A DNA stretch of 64,000 nucleotides, taken from NCBI RefSeq assembly GCF_009914755.1, contig NC_060946.1, one strand, 5' to 3'. The position numbers were made by a program, and so were the translations under genes. Under the pieces are notes generated by a model. The model did no database searches. It saw only the letters and a program-made list of their open reading frames with translations, and was not told the DNA's origin. Positions 26,589 through 42,452 of the stretch are shown here, piece after piece (within the stretch, counting starts at the first letter, position 1; every line of letters starts with the position of its first letter). Origin of the DNA: the human T2T-CHM13v2.0 reference genome, Homo sapiens.

Positions 26589-26840
26589 CTTCTGCCCCTG
26601 CCAGGCTAAGTCCCCAGCACAGGGCCAGCAGGGCCATGAGGAGCAGCTCCCAGGCCAGCACCATTTTCCTGGTCAGCTCTGGACAGGCAGGTGCTGGCAC
26701 AGGTGGATGCTGGCCATGGGCTGGGGTGGGGTCTTCCATGCCCTGGAGTCCTGTGTTCCTGCCCAGCTGGGAGCCAGGCCAAGCTGATCTCACCAGGTCT
26801 TGTTATTCCTCCATCCATGAATTGCCATCCTACCCCAGGT
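26589..26840 (-). pseudogene. CSF2RBP1: CSF2RBP1 exon-2 homologue (5'UTR plus signal peptide; ATG at 26664, 76 coding nt)
   Basis: MVLAWELLLMALLALCWGLSLAGAE; AAG|gtgagt donor; putative acceptor ctcctttctcaag| at 26841 (5' boundary less certain). Confidence 0.9.
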
Positions 26841-27770
26841 CTTGAGAAAGGAGATGTGGGCCAGGATAAGGCCCATCCACCCCTCTCGTCTTCCCAGGGA
26901 TATGGCCGATGAGGAGGGAGAAGGCCATGTTGGGGGTACGGGGAGCCTGGTCCTGCGCCTTCTCCACCTAGTGTGGATCTCCTCCTCTGCCACTCTCACC
27001 CTTCCCCGCAGTGCTGGTGTAGATTCTGTGTGTTTGTATTGGGTGCTACTGGGTTGATGCCCAAGTGGGCTGCGTTAAGCTCTTCAAGTGATTTTGGCAG
27101 ATAAGCTTTGTGGATCCACCCACCACAGATGGAGCCTGTCTCCTCCCAGGTCTTGAGGATGCACAGACTCCCTTTGGGCCACCTCACTCAACACCAAACA
27201 CTCCACCATCCTTCCTCACCTGCCCCAAGCTGTTACTGCCCATCCCTTCTTCTCTGCAGGAGCCTGAGGCATTTCTTAGTTTCTTGCCCTTTGTGATGTC
27301 AGAAGAAAAGACAGAGGTCTTCTTTTCTTCTTTCTCAACACTTCTGAAACCATGAAACACGCAAGCCTCCACCCACTCACACACCCACATACACACCTAC
27401 ACATACCTGCACACACATGCTCAGACAACCCTGATGGGACCTGACCACCCTACGAGGGCGCTGACAAGACCTTGAGGATGCTGGGAACGAGCCAGGAAGG
27501 AGGACAGGATAGGAATGGAGTTCCTGAGGAGGCAGCAGGGCTTCTCGGTACAGAAAATGGTGAACTCTCAGTCTTCCTGCCCTGGCCATGCTCAGCTGAA
27601 CAAAACCACACCAGCTGGTCTCACTTAAATTCAGGATTACCATCGGAGGCGGGGGTTGTGGGGAGGCTCTTAACGCTGCCAGAACCCCAAATGACACTTC
27701 CCAGCAGCAAGGAGGAACTCTGCCCTTCCCAAGAAGCTATTTCACACCTCTCCACTTCCGTCACACCTCT

Positions 27771-27921
27771 ACTTCCCCTGCACCCCATTCCCATGCCCCA
27801 CTTCCCCTGCACCCCATTCCCATCCCCCACTTCCCCTGCACCCCATTCCTACACCCCACTTCCACTGGACCCCATTCCCACAGCCCACTTCCCCTGCACC
27901 CCATTCCCATGCCCCACTTCC
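27771..27921. repeat. 29-bp minisatellite, ~5.2 copies (acttcccctgcaccccattcccatgcccc)
   Basis: Direct reading. Confidence 0.92.
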
Positions 27922-28274
27922 ACCTTAAGGACTCACGTATACCCAGGCACTATACAAACACACACACCCACAACCACATGCACAGACGCCAATGCAGGCA
28001 CCCCTGACTTGCATCAAAGTCAACACCCAAATGGGCCAAATGGCTCCAAGTGGAGGAGGAGGGGCAAAAGACAGGCATGGGCAGAGGGAGAAGAGGCTTC
28101 TGCTTCTGGCCATAATGGAGTAACTAGGACCAGGTATAGCCTTCTACTTTAGAAGTATAAAACTGGACAAACGATATTAAAAATCTGTTTTCAGCTGTTA
28201 GAAAAGAGGAGTCCTTCTATATGATCGCTCAGAGAGTGAAAACAAACACGGTAGGTCCTATGATCATCCTACCT

Positions 28275-28587
<313 letters not shown>

Positions 28588-29026
28588 CCTTTTTCTACCT
28601 TTCTACCACTTTCTTGACTGTGACGTAGGTAAAAGAACTCCAACATGACCATGGCAGTCTTGCTGTGTTGGGCGATAGGGGTCTGAGTCTGAAGAGGCAA
28701 AAGAAGCTGGAATTTGGTGTAGAAAACAAGAGAAGAAAGAGCTGCACAGAGAAAGAGACCCAGCAAATCTACACAGAGATCCTCTTGCATGTACTGCTGC
28801 ACACTAAACCATGCATGTGTGGGGTGGAGCTCCACTAGACTGTGTAAATAGTACACAGAGAGATGTATCTGAACAATTTCCAGAACTCACCAAGGTCTGG
28901 GAGATGTTCAAGTTCCAACAAGCCAGAATAGGAATTCTTACTGAACACCTCACACATTCAGTAGAGAACCAAGAAGAAAAACACCTTAGTGCCAGCACTA
29001 AACCAGCCCAGGAGAGGGCCATTCTA

Positions 29027-29352
<326 letters not shown>

Positions 29353-29398
29353 GTCCTCTAAGGAAGCTTAAAAACAAACCTTAAAAGATCAAACTGAT

Positions 29399-29837
29399 TG
29401 ATATGGTTTGGATTTTTGTCCCCATCCAAATCTCATGTTGAAATGTAATCCCCGATGTTGGGGGTGGGGCCTGGTGGAGGTGTTTGGATCATGGTTGGGG
29501 GATCCCTCGTGAATGGCTTGGGCCATCCCCTTGGGGATGAGTGAGCTCTCACTCTGAGTTCACAGGAGATCTGGTCATTTAAAAGTGTGTGGTACCTACC
29601 CCTACGCTGATCTCTCTCTCTCTTTCTCTCGTTCCTGCTTTCATTGTGACGTGCCTGCTCTCCCTTCACCTTCTGCCACAATTGGAAGCTTCCTGAGGCC
29701 TCCCCAAAAGCTGAGCAGATGCCAGCACCATGCTTCCTGTACAGCCTGCAGAACTGTGAGCCAATTAAACCTCTTTTCTTTATAAATTACCTGGTCCTGG
29801 GTGTTTCTTTATGACAGCATGAAAATGACCTAATACA
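29399..29837 (+). mobile_element. MST-type MaLR LTR, followed by ~30 nt resembling the internal-region start
   Basis: tgatatggtttggat...ctaataca, then gaaaattggcac. Confidence 0.85.
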
Positions 29838-29867
29838 GAAAATTGGCACTGAGAGTAGGATATTTTC

Positions 29868-30659
<792 letters not shown>

Positions 30660-30773
30660 CTGATCTGCAAGTAACTTAATGACTCATCAGAATAAAGTCC
30701 AACACTTTTTGAAGAAAGACAATACAATGCAGCAGTCACCAACATAAAATAAACAATGCTCAGCATCCAATCA

Positions 30774-31127
<354 letters not shown>

Positions 31128-31959
31128 TCATAACAAGAGAAAAATCCGTCAAAGATAGAACCCCAAAATGATGCAGCTCATTATGGAACTGGCAGACAAG
31201 GACTTTGAAACAGTTATTATGAATAGGCCGAATAATTTTTCAAAAACATGAACATAACAGAAGTGGAAGATGTCAAAATAAAAACAAATAAAACTGCCAC
31301 AGATAAAAGTACAACATATGAAAAGAAAATGTCATTGAATTGGCTTAATATTAGTGAATTTGAAAATATAGTAATTGAAATTATCTAAATTAAACACAGA
31401 ATAAATCTGAAAAATATTACTATAAACTCCCATTCATCATTCAAGCCTCAGCTAACGCAGGGCCTCCTCCATGCAGCCTTCCCTGACTCCTCATGGGGAT
31501 ACAGATGGGAGTGGCTCCAATAACCACAGCTGGTGTGAGCCCAGAGCCAGACAGACCCGGGTTGGACTCCCACCTCTAGTATTGCTAAGAGTGAGACCTT
31601 GTGCAAATTATCTGCATGTTACTTCTCCAAGCCCCAAAACTGTCATCTGTTACTTGGAGATGGTCATCTACAAACCTCAAAATGATTTTGAAGGAACCAA
31701 GTGAAATAATGCCTGTCACATGGAAACCGATGATCGGAGTTAGCTAAATCACTTGTATTTTCCTTGGTTCCTATTTTGCCCTGTCCCTTCTTCCCATACA
31801 GTCCTGGAGTGCTCAGTGTTCATGCCCACCCCCAACCCCCCACAAACACACCTGATTCATATCTCTCTCCCTGGTTATTTGCACATGTCCTGGCACAGAG
31901 TTAGCACTTGAAATTGTGTGTTGGAAAATTTGGGTATTGGAAGGTATTGGAATGAATGC

Positions 31960-32745
31960 ATGGATGGATGGATGGATGGATGAGTGGGTGGGTGGATGGA
32001 TGGATGGAGGGATGGATGGATGGATGAGTGGGTGGATGGATGGGTGGATGGATGGATGGATGGATGAGTGGGTGGATGGATGGGTGGATGGATGGATGGA
32101 TGGATGAGTGGGTGGATGGATGGATGGATGGATGGATGGATGGATGGATGGATGGATGTGTGGATGGATGGATGGATGGATGGATGGATGGATGGATGGA
32201 TGGATGGATGTGTGGATGGATGGATGGATGTGTGGATGGATGGATGGATGTGTGGATGGATGGATGGATGGATGTGTGGATGGATGGATGGATGGATGGA
32301 TGGATGGATGGATGGATGGATGAGTGGGTGGATGGATGGATGGATGGATGAGTGGGTGGATGGATGGATGGATGGATGGATGGATGGATGGATGGATGGA
32401 TGAGTGGGTGGATGGATGGATGGATGAGTGGGTGGATGGATGGATGGATGGATGGATGGATGGATGGATGGATGGATGAGTGGGTGGATGGATGGATGGA
32501 TGGATGGATGGATGAGTGGGTGGATGGATGGATGGATGGATGAGTGGGTGGATGGATGGATGGATGGATGGATGGATGGATGGATGAGTGGGTGGATGGA
32601 TGGATGGATGAGTGGGTGGATGGATGGATGGATGAGTGGGTGGATGGATGGATGGATGGATGGATGGATGGATGGATGAGTGGGTGGATGGATGGATGGA
32701 TGGATGGATGGATGGATGGATGAGTGGATGGATGGATGGATAGAT
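31960..32745. repeat. Long interrupted (GGAT)n tetranucleotide array, ~790 bp
   Basis: Direct reading; GAGT-GGGT and GTGT variant units. Confidence 0.98.
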
Positions 32746-35469
32746 GAGCAACTTCTTGAGGATAGAAGCTCCAGAGCCTATGCTTTTCTACTTTGCATCT
32801 CTGATTCTATCCAGCCAGGTATGAGGCTGTGCACACAGACTGAGGAAACTCACTTGGTGACATAAAGACTGGGTGCCCTGTGTAAGCCACAGAGATGGGC
32901 ACATTGAGTCCTGATGTTTAGAATTCAGAGATTGGTGTCTACCTTTTCTTCCTGTCTTTTTCCTGTGTTGGGGAGAAGGTCAGGGAGGAGGAGAGGGAAT
33001 GGTGGGAACCACTGACATTCTGCCTTGATGATTCTTGAATTACTGCCTGCCAGGAAGGGGACCTGGCTGGGAACAGTGTAGGATGCCCTTCCCTGGTGGG
33101 GAAAGTCTTTCCTGGAGTGGAGGATTGGAGGGTGTTCAGGGAATGCCTGGGGCGCCCTGGGGACCCTGAGCTCTCTTTGGCACCCCTGCATGTGTGTGAA
33201 ATCACGGTGCTGGCATGGAGAGGGTACTCAGGGGACATAAAGGGTCTGAGCTAATGTCCTGTCCCCAGCATTCTTTCTGTCTTGGATGGTCCCACTTGGC
33301 TTCCTTGAACCCCTTCACCACACTGGGAATGCAGAGAGGCACCAGACCCACGGCTGGCCAGGAGGAGCTCAGTCTGAGATGTGCACAGAGTGGAAGTAGG
33401 AGGATGCTTCTCAGAGGATTGCTGGTGCTGGACTCATCCTTCGTGCCCTCCTCCCACAGCCATGCCCTGAAACATTAGGACCTGGGAAAACTGACCCGGC
33501 ACAGGGTCTGCGGGGGATTTCTGCTGCCTGGAGCTCAGGAAGCTGCATCTTATTGCCGCAAGGAAATGTCTACCCTCACCACCCACCAAGAGAGTGCAGA
33601 GAGACTCACACTGCTGGTCCCTTCCCTCGGTGAGGAAGATGCCTCTCAGCCTCCCAGCTCCCTGAGTGGCAAGAGCTCAGTACCCCCGGCCAGGCTGCAA
33701 TGTGTGTGCAATGCAGAAATGTATGTGGTATGTGGAAAGTAGAACACAGGAAAATATCAAAGCCAAAGCTTCTTACAGACAGTGGTAACTGCAAATTCTA
33801 AAGTATCTTTTTATAAAAACATTAAACAATAAAATACTTTAAAACTAAACAATGATCAATGAGCCTTGTGGAGGTCCTGGGTCCAGCTATGAAAATTGAC
33901 CAGAAGGGTAAATTTCCTGTAACTCAGTTATGGAAGGTGGTGTCAGGATAAGCAATATCCTGTAATGATTGATTGTGTAGCTGGAACCACCCTGTCTGAG
34001 TTTAAATCTCAGCTCTGCCCCCTTGCAAGCTGTGTGGCCTTGGGCAAGTTACTTAACCTCTCTGACCCCCAGTTTTCTGATCTGTGCAACGGAGATTATA
34101 GTAGCCCCTCACTCTCAGGATTATTATATGGATTTTTAGTAGATATGTATGATGCACTTGGACAGATCACAGCATGTAAGTGTTCTGTCTACATGAGTTA
34201 GTTTATCATTGAAGGTGCTCGTGGGCATCCCAGGTGTTATTGGGGGCCCCATTTGTCAATCCCTGGACAGCAGTGTCCCTTTGGCCTGGGCCCCAGTCAT
34301 GCATCCTCATTTCATTCGTGTGCCAAGGCTACCTGCTCCCAGAATTGTTCCAAGCCTGTCCTGAGAGGAGAGGCTTCCTGGACTGTATGTCCTTAAAAAA
34401 CTCTATGGGGCAATGGAGTGGAATCTATTCTCTCTTTGGAAGGGGTGAATCTCTAACCCACCCTCATTCTCATTCCACTTGCCTTGCTGGTTTTCTAAGC
34501 TGATGCCAGTTTCTTTCTGATAAACTCCAAGTCCTGGTTTCCAGACAGATTCCTGGAGAACCTCCCAGAGGCTGAGATGGTGATAGAATAGAAAACCTCT
34601 TTTGTGGAATATGCAACATCAGGAAGGGAACTGAACATAAAGGGGAATTAAAGGAGTGTGTGCTTGAACATTTGGGCTTCAGATAGAGACACAGCCATTT
34701 TCTGTAGGAAAGTTACCTTGGAGATCTTCTCATACTTGGGCAGGCGCGTGTGGAGGGTGAGTTCAGGCTGAAAAATAGAATGATGAGATTTAGGTGGATT
34801 CACAGATAATGAGCTCACAATAGAAATGTTGAGCCCCAAAAAGGATGATTGGAAACAGGACCTTAGAAGCATCAGGAAGGACCTATGTTCTTCCCAAGAG
34901 AGATGAGCTCCAACCTCGACTTAGCCTCTGTGTAGCTGTGTAAACTTAGATGTACTCCCCCACTGTCTCTGAACCTGGCTCTGAGCTCTCGTCATCTGTA
35001 AAATTTGGGTCTTGGAAGGTATTTATCAGTCTATATTCTAGTCCCCAACCCCCATGTGCCTGGGGGAGCCCTTCAACCTCCATCCCTGGTCCTCCTGTGA
35101 CCCAGCATCCCTCTGAGCCTGGGGGGTGCTCCAGCCCTCTCTGTTCTGCTGACATCTTCATAAGCAGAGCCTGGGACTCTTAAGAAGGTCTAAGCACCAT
35201 TATCATCATAGAACACACTTGTGGGATACGAGAATAAACCTGAAATACCATCAGTCCAGAGACAGACACTTACTACAGTTTCATCATTACCAATGTTGGT
35301 ATCCAAACTTTAAATGTTGACATTTTTCTGGGGAAGAATACCAATTTCTCAACACTGTTTGCTACACATGGCTCCTGGATTTCCTCTCCCACATTCCCGC
35401 CATGCTTAATAAACACTCCTGTTCAACAAGCCCATTGGATAATATCCCTAATCTTTCAGGGCTTAGTGG

Positions 35470-35915
35470 TACATTATTCAGATAGTTTCTGGTAATTTGC
35501 TCCTAGAAGGAACTCTGCACTTAGGATTAATGGTTCAAGAGGATTCCCAAAGCCTTCATCTTCGATTTCCAAAAATGCTTGGCCATCTATAGGAGTCATT
35601 TCTATAAACATTTTGTTTAAATTACCCTCCAGAGACTCAAAACTGTGAGGAAATGCCTTCCTAAAGCATTCTTGTAAAGTCTGTTGTTTTGCATTTGAAT
35701 AATCAGAGTAAAACATGTGTGGAGTGCTTTGTTTATTTTTAGCAATGTCTTTCCTCATTCTCTCCATTGTCTTTATTATGTCTGACTCAAAGATGATTTA
35801 TCTTGGATATGTACTGATTTTAGAGTTGTTTTATCTTTGGACATGACAAAGTCGACATTTTGCTTCTAATGTATTCCTCACAAGATGTAGAGAATTCTCA
35901 AATAGTGCTTTTGCT
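35470..35915 (-). mobile_element. Fossil hAT-superfamily transposase N-terminus (BED zinc finger and following domain)
   Basis: Across frameshifts on the - strand: KSTI*EF, AKCRLC (35863-35846), NHL*VRH (35798-35778), QQTLQECF, DGQAFLEIEDEGF, LNPKCRVPSR. Confidence 0.7.
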
Positions 35916-36631
35916 TCAAGGACCCCTGGCTTAAATGAAATTAAGCCACTAAAAAAATGAAAGAGTTTTAAAAGGGATTTTGTTTCTTGTGAGAACTGCT
36001 ACTTCTCTAAAATTTCTACAAATATTACATTTATAATACAATTAAATCTCCATTGTTCTGCTTTTTATTGTTATTTAAACTTTATAAGCTCAAACAGTCT
36101 ATAATATTCTTCCTAAAATGATCGAGCAAATGCACTCTCTTAATATTTGTATTAATAATCAATCTTTTTTCTACTCAGCTAAAGTTCTTAATTATTGTGT
36201 TTCTTCATAAAATTAATAGCTTTCATAATCATTACTTATTGCAGCATTTTACTCTTGAAATAATCAATATGCGTTTACAACTGACTACTTCAATTTCAGC
36301 ACAAAAAGTATGTGGGAAAAATTGCATAAGCAAATACATTGTGAAGAAGAAAAAGAGAGAAGTGGAGGGGAAATTATAGATTAAAAACAGGGAACACCAA
36401 GCGACAGTGTTCAGAGATACACACAGGGTGATAAAATAACGTGAGAAAATAAGAGACCCTGACGTGGAAATTAGCACACTGGATTCCTGGGTTGGGGGAC
36501 TGGGAGGTTTGTCTGGGAGCAGTGCAGGGCTCTGGATGGGTGGCAAGGTTCTGTCTCCCGTGCGGGGTGTAGGGCGGGGAGCCATCCAAGGATATTCACC
36601 TTACAATGATTTATTTTTAAATTTAATTTAA

Positions 36632-36784
<153 letters not shown>

Positions 36785-37759
36785 TAACCATGATTCATGT
36801 GGCTTGGGGTATTTTTACTTAAAAATAAAACAAGTTTTTAGAAAGGAAAAAAATTTGAATATGGAAATTTTAAAAACAAAACCAAACCTGGGACATAATG
36901 TAGCATCAAAGACTCTTCTTTCATAAATTTCTTTTTCCATCTGCCTGTGTTCCTTCATGTTTTCCCTTTTTCCCTCTTGCCCTGGTGTATTGACCCTCTC
37001 CTTAGGTGCAGGCAAGAAACTTGCTCTCTCTCTCCTCTTGCCTCCTCGTCCCTCCCCTTCCTCTTCCCTCCCCTTCCTATTCCCTCCCCTTCCTCTTCCC
37101 TTTCCTCTCCTCTGGCATTCAGTGCACCCCTCTGCTGTAGCTCCCACCGCAATTAACTGAAATTCTCTTTTTGTGTGTCTGTCTCTCCTATTGTCCCATA
37201 AGCAGCTTGAGAGCAGAGGTGAGGTAGGTTTTGTGCAGTTTTGAATCCTCAAAGCTTACCATACTCCCAGACATATACTAGACATCCAGAAAATAAGGTT
37301 TAAACTCAACAACTTTTCCTTTTCCCATAACGTCTCAAGTTCCACTTAATGATTTTCAATGATTATTCAAAGAGGACTATATATCTTTTAAGAATTAATT
37401 TGTCAGAAAAGGGATTTCTGGCTGAAAGAATTACAGATTGAGTTTCTGTTTGTAAGTCCAAGAGCCTGCGGGGTTATATGCCTGCTGCGCATGTCATTTA
37501 GGGAGTGGAATTTCAATTGACTTCCGTTTTTCCTTTTTGTAAAACACTGTTTGTAATTTTACCACAAATGCACATTTATGTAATAAAAGCATAATTATAA
37601 TGTTCATTTAAAATGATTTTTTCCATCTAATTCACATTCACTTAGCAGTTTAAAAAGCATAAGATATGTTTACTGCAAATTGCATCTGAAATGCTTCCCT
37701 ATGTTTGAGAATGAAGTTTCAGCTAGAACAGTGACTCCTGAGATGTACTCTGCTCAGGT

Positions 37760-38270
37760 GTTTCCAAACTTGGTGACCACAGTCCCTCTCATCCTGCATG
37801 CTCCTCCACCTTCTGACTTTGCAGCTCCTCCTATAAGGATGTGGAATCTCTTTCCCCTCCCCTTGGGTCTGGGCCTCCTTGTGACTTCCTTTGGCCAGTA
37901 GAAGGCAGTGGGGGTGAAGCTATATGATTTCTGAGACTAGGCCTTAAGAGGCCTTGCAGCTTCTTTTGCTCTCTTAGAAGTCAGCCATGGTGTAAAGCAG
38001 TCCAGGCTCTCCTACTGTAGAGGCCATGTGGAGACAGAAACCCTGGAGGATGGGAAGCCATGTGGAGGGGAATAAGCCAGTGAAGCCCTCTCTCACTCCA
38101 CCCTCGTCAAGCTCCCAGCTAAATGCAGCCACATGAATGACCTCACCTGCTTTGTGGAGCAGAAGAACCACCCAGGTGAGCCTAGCCAACCCACAGAATG
38201 GTGACAAATAATAAATGGTTGTTGTTTTCAGCCATTAAGCTTGGGAGGTGGTTTGTTAGGCAGCAGTCAA
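37760..38270. mobile_element. Old MLT1-type MaLR LTR
   Basis: gtgacttcctttggccagtagaa...agccaacccacagaat...ggttgttgttttcagccattaagcttggg. Confidence 0.65.
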
Positions 38271-39840
38271 TCATTTGTTCTTATGACAGACATTTGTTTG
38301 CTGGTTAGATTGGATGTAACCTGGGATCACATGATCACACATTCACAATGTCAGAAATGTCCCCAACAACAGACACTTGGCAATTTGGAATTAATAAACC
38401 CAGCTTCAGAGAATCCCTGTTTCCCAGTCACTGTTTCTCAACTTTCCTACACTGCCACCAAGTATGAGCCAGCGTCTATCCCTCTCACATTCCTCACCCC
38501 ATTAATAGACTCCCTGTTTTTCTTGTATCTCGTTAATTTCTGGTATGTTTCCTAGGACCTGAAAACATAACCAACTGTCTTTCATCTTAAAAAAAAAAAC
38601 TCCCCCTTCCCTCACCCCAATCAAGTATCCACCTTAGGCTTCCATACCATCTCTTTCTCCTCTTTCTAATCAAGCTTTTCCAAAAAGCTGTCTTCATATT
38701 CCCATTTCCTATTCACTCCTCTCTCTATTTATTATGACCTGGCTTTAGAATGGTCTTCCGCCAGCATCACAGAGGAGCTCCACATCACATAACCAGATGG
38801 ATTCACCCCTGCCTTGACCTCTCAGACACAACACCAGCACCATGGCCACTCCTAGAGCCTTAAAAGTCTCTCCATTTTTATGCCTCCCACCACACTCTGC
38901 TTTCTCCTTCCCGCTCTGACTTTCCCTTCTCTGTTCCCCTCCTGGCCTCCCGAGCACCTCAGCCAGGCCCTTAGGCACCAGTGTCCTCAGGGGTCTCCAG
39001 GGCTCCTCTTCTCATCCCGGTCTACGTGCTCTGCTTTCAAGTTTGCAGGCTCTCTCAGGTTTTACCTAAAGGTTTTCCTAAGTAAGTGTTCTTCCCCCAA
39101 ACCTAAGAGCTATGAATTCAATGACCTATAGAACCTCTTTCCTTGTATGTTCCAGAGACGAGATACCTCAAGCTCCACGTGCCAGAATGTGACTCTTTGG
39201 CCACCCCCCAGCCCCCTATCCCCTACTCCCAGTGACTTTGTCTCTTGTAAGAGGCCTTGCCCTAGGCCACTGGTTCTGCTAAGGCCAGAGAAATGCCCAC
39301 ACACATGGTTGCTTATGGGAAGGGGTCATCTGAGCCAAAAATGGGGAATAGAGGCAGCTGCATGCCTTGAGCCACACTTGCAGAATCTGCCTGTCCAGGC
39401 CTCTCTTGTTCTCAGTGGTGACCTGTCTGCCTCCTGTTCCTGGGTCTTCCTCTTTCTGTGACTGAGACACCCTCCCCCACTGCCCGGCTGGAGGCTCAGC
39501 TCCATCCTCAGCTCCAGGACCAGCCCTGACCCGGGGAAGGAGGGGTTCACAGGGTCACAGTTGTGCCTATACTTCCTTGAACCTCTGTCCTCATCCCTGG
39601 GCCCACCCTTGCTTCTGAGAGCTGGGCCACCCTGTGTGGCCTCTGACAACTGAGTTCCTGCCTTCTTCCCCATGCTGGAGTTTGTTCTACAAAGCTCAGA
39701 TTGGAGACCTTGTTGTTCTTGATTACAACTTACTTCTCTGTTTCCCTACCTCTACAGATGTGGTTTCTAGACAGTTTTCAATTATATTGATGAGTAAAAA
39801 ATTTTTAAAAACAGAAAGAAAAATACAACTTTATTTTTAA

Positions 39841-41686
<1,846 letters not shown>

Positions 41687-42244
41687 CATAGTCTGCTTTA
41701 AAAATAATAATAATAATAATAAAAGACAACAGTGAAGAAGAAAGAAAGAATGATTCCCTCTTCGCACAAGAAGAAAGTTCTGATGCTTTTGGTATCATGG
41801 GGTCTTAGGTTCAATGTGTAGTGAGAGCTAACTAAGACAATTTTTATTTGTTCCTCTGAACACTTCTGTATTCCTATGACTACGTCATGCTTTTCCAGTT
41901 GCTATAACTTATGGAGTGTTTTGATATTTGGCATCCTCACTCATTAGTCTTCCTTTTCAACATTTTATTGGACACGATTACGCTATTATTCCTCCAAATT
42001 ATTGTTAGAATCAATTTATCAAGTCATAAAAATGTCCTCTTAGAATTTTTATTGGAATTGCGCTAAATTTAATTCTTAATTTGGGAAGATCTGACAGTTT
42101 TGACAACTTTGTAATACTGGCTCTTTTGATCCAATAATTATGGATTTCCACTTATTTTGGGAATTTTACTTCAGCAAATTTTAAAAGCTTTTTCCTAGGT
42201 TCTTATTAGATTCATCTCCAGGATTTTAAGATTTCAGTGCCAGC

Positions 42245-42452
42245 CTACCTTCTCTCTCTCTCTCTTCCACCTTCCTCCCACCTCTCTCTCTTTCTTTCTT
42301 TTCTTTTCCTTCCTTCCTTCTTCCCCTCCTCCTACTCCTCTTCTTCCTTCCTTCCTTTCTTTCTTTTTTTTTCTTTCTTTCTTTCTCTTTCCTTCTTTTT
42401 CCTTCCTTCCTTTTTCTTGCTTGCTTGCTTGCTTTCTTCATTTTCCTCTTTT
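42245..42452. repeat. CT-rich polypyrimidine low-complexity tract
   Basis: Direct reading; gives the spurious K/R/E-rich ORF 42226..42471. Confidence 0.9.

Noticed and set aside
27771-27921. CRISPR-like array
   Set aside because: Contiguous tandem units without unique spacers, in human DNA
31813-32751. 312-aa HPSI-repeat ORF and the MDGW ORFs
   Set aside because: Translations of the GGAT simple repeat; no coding evidence
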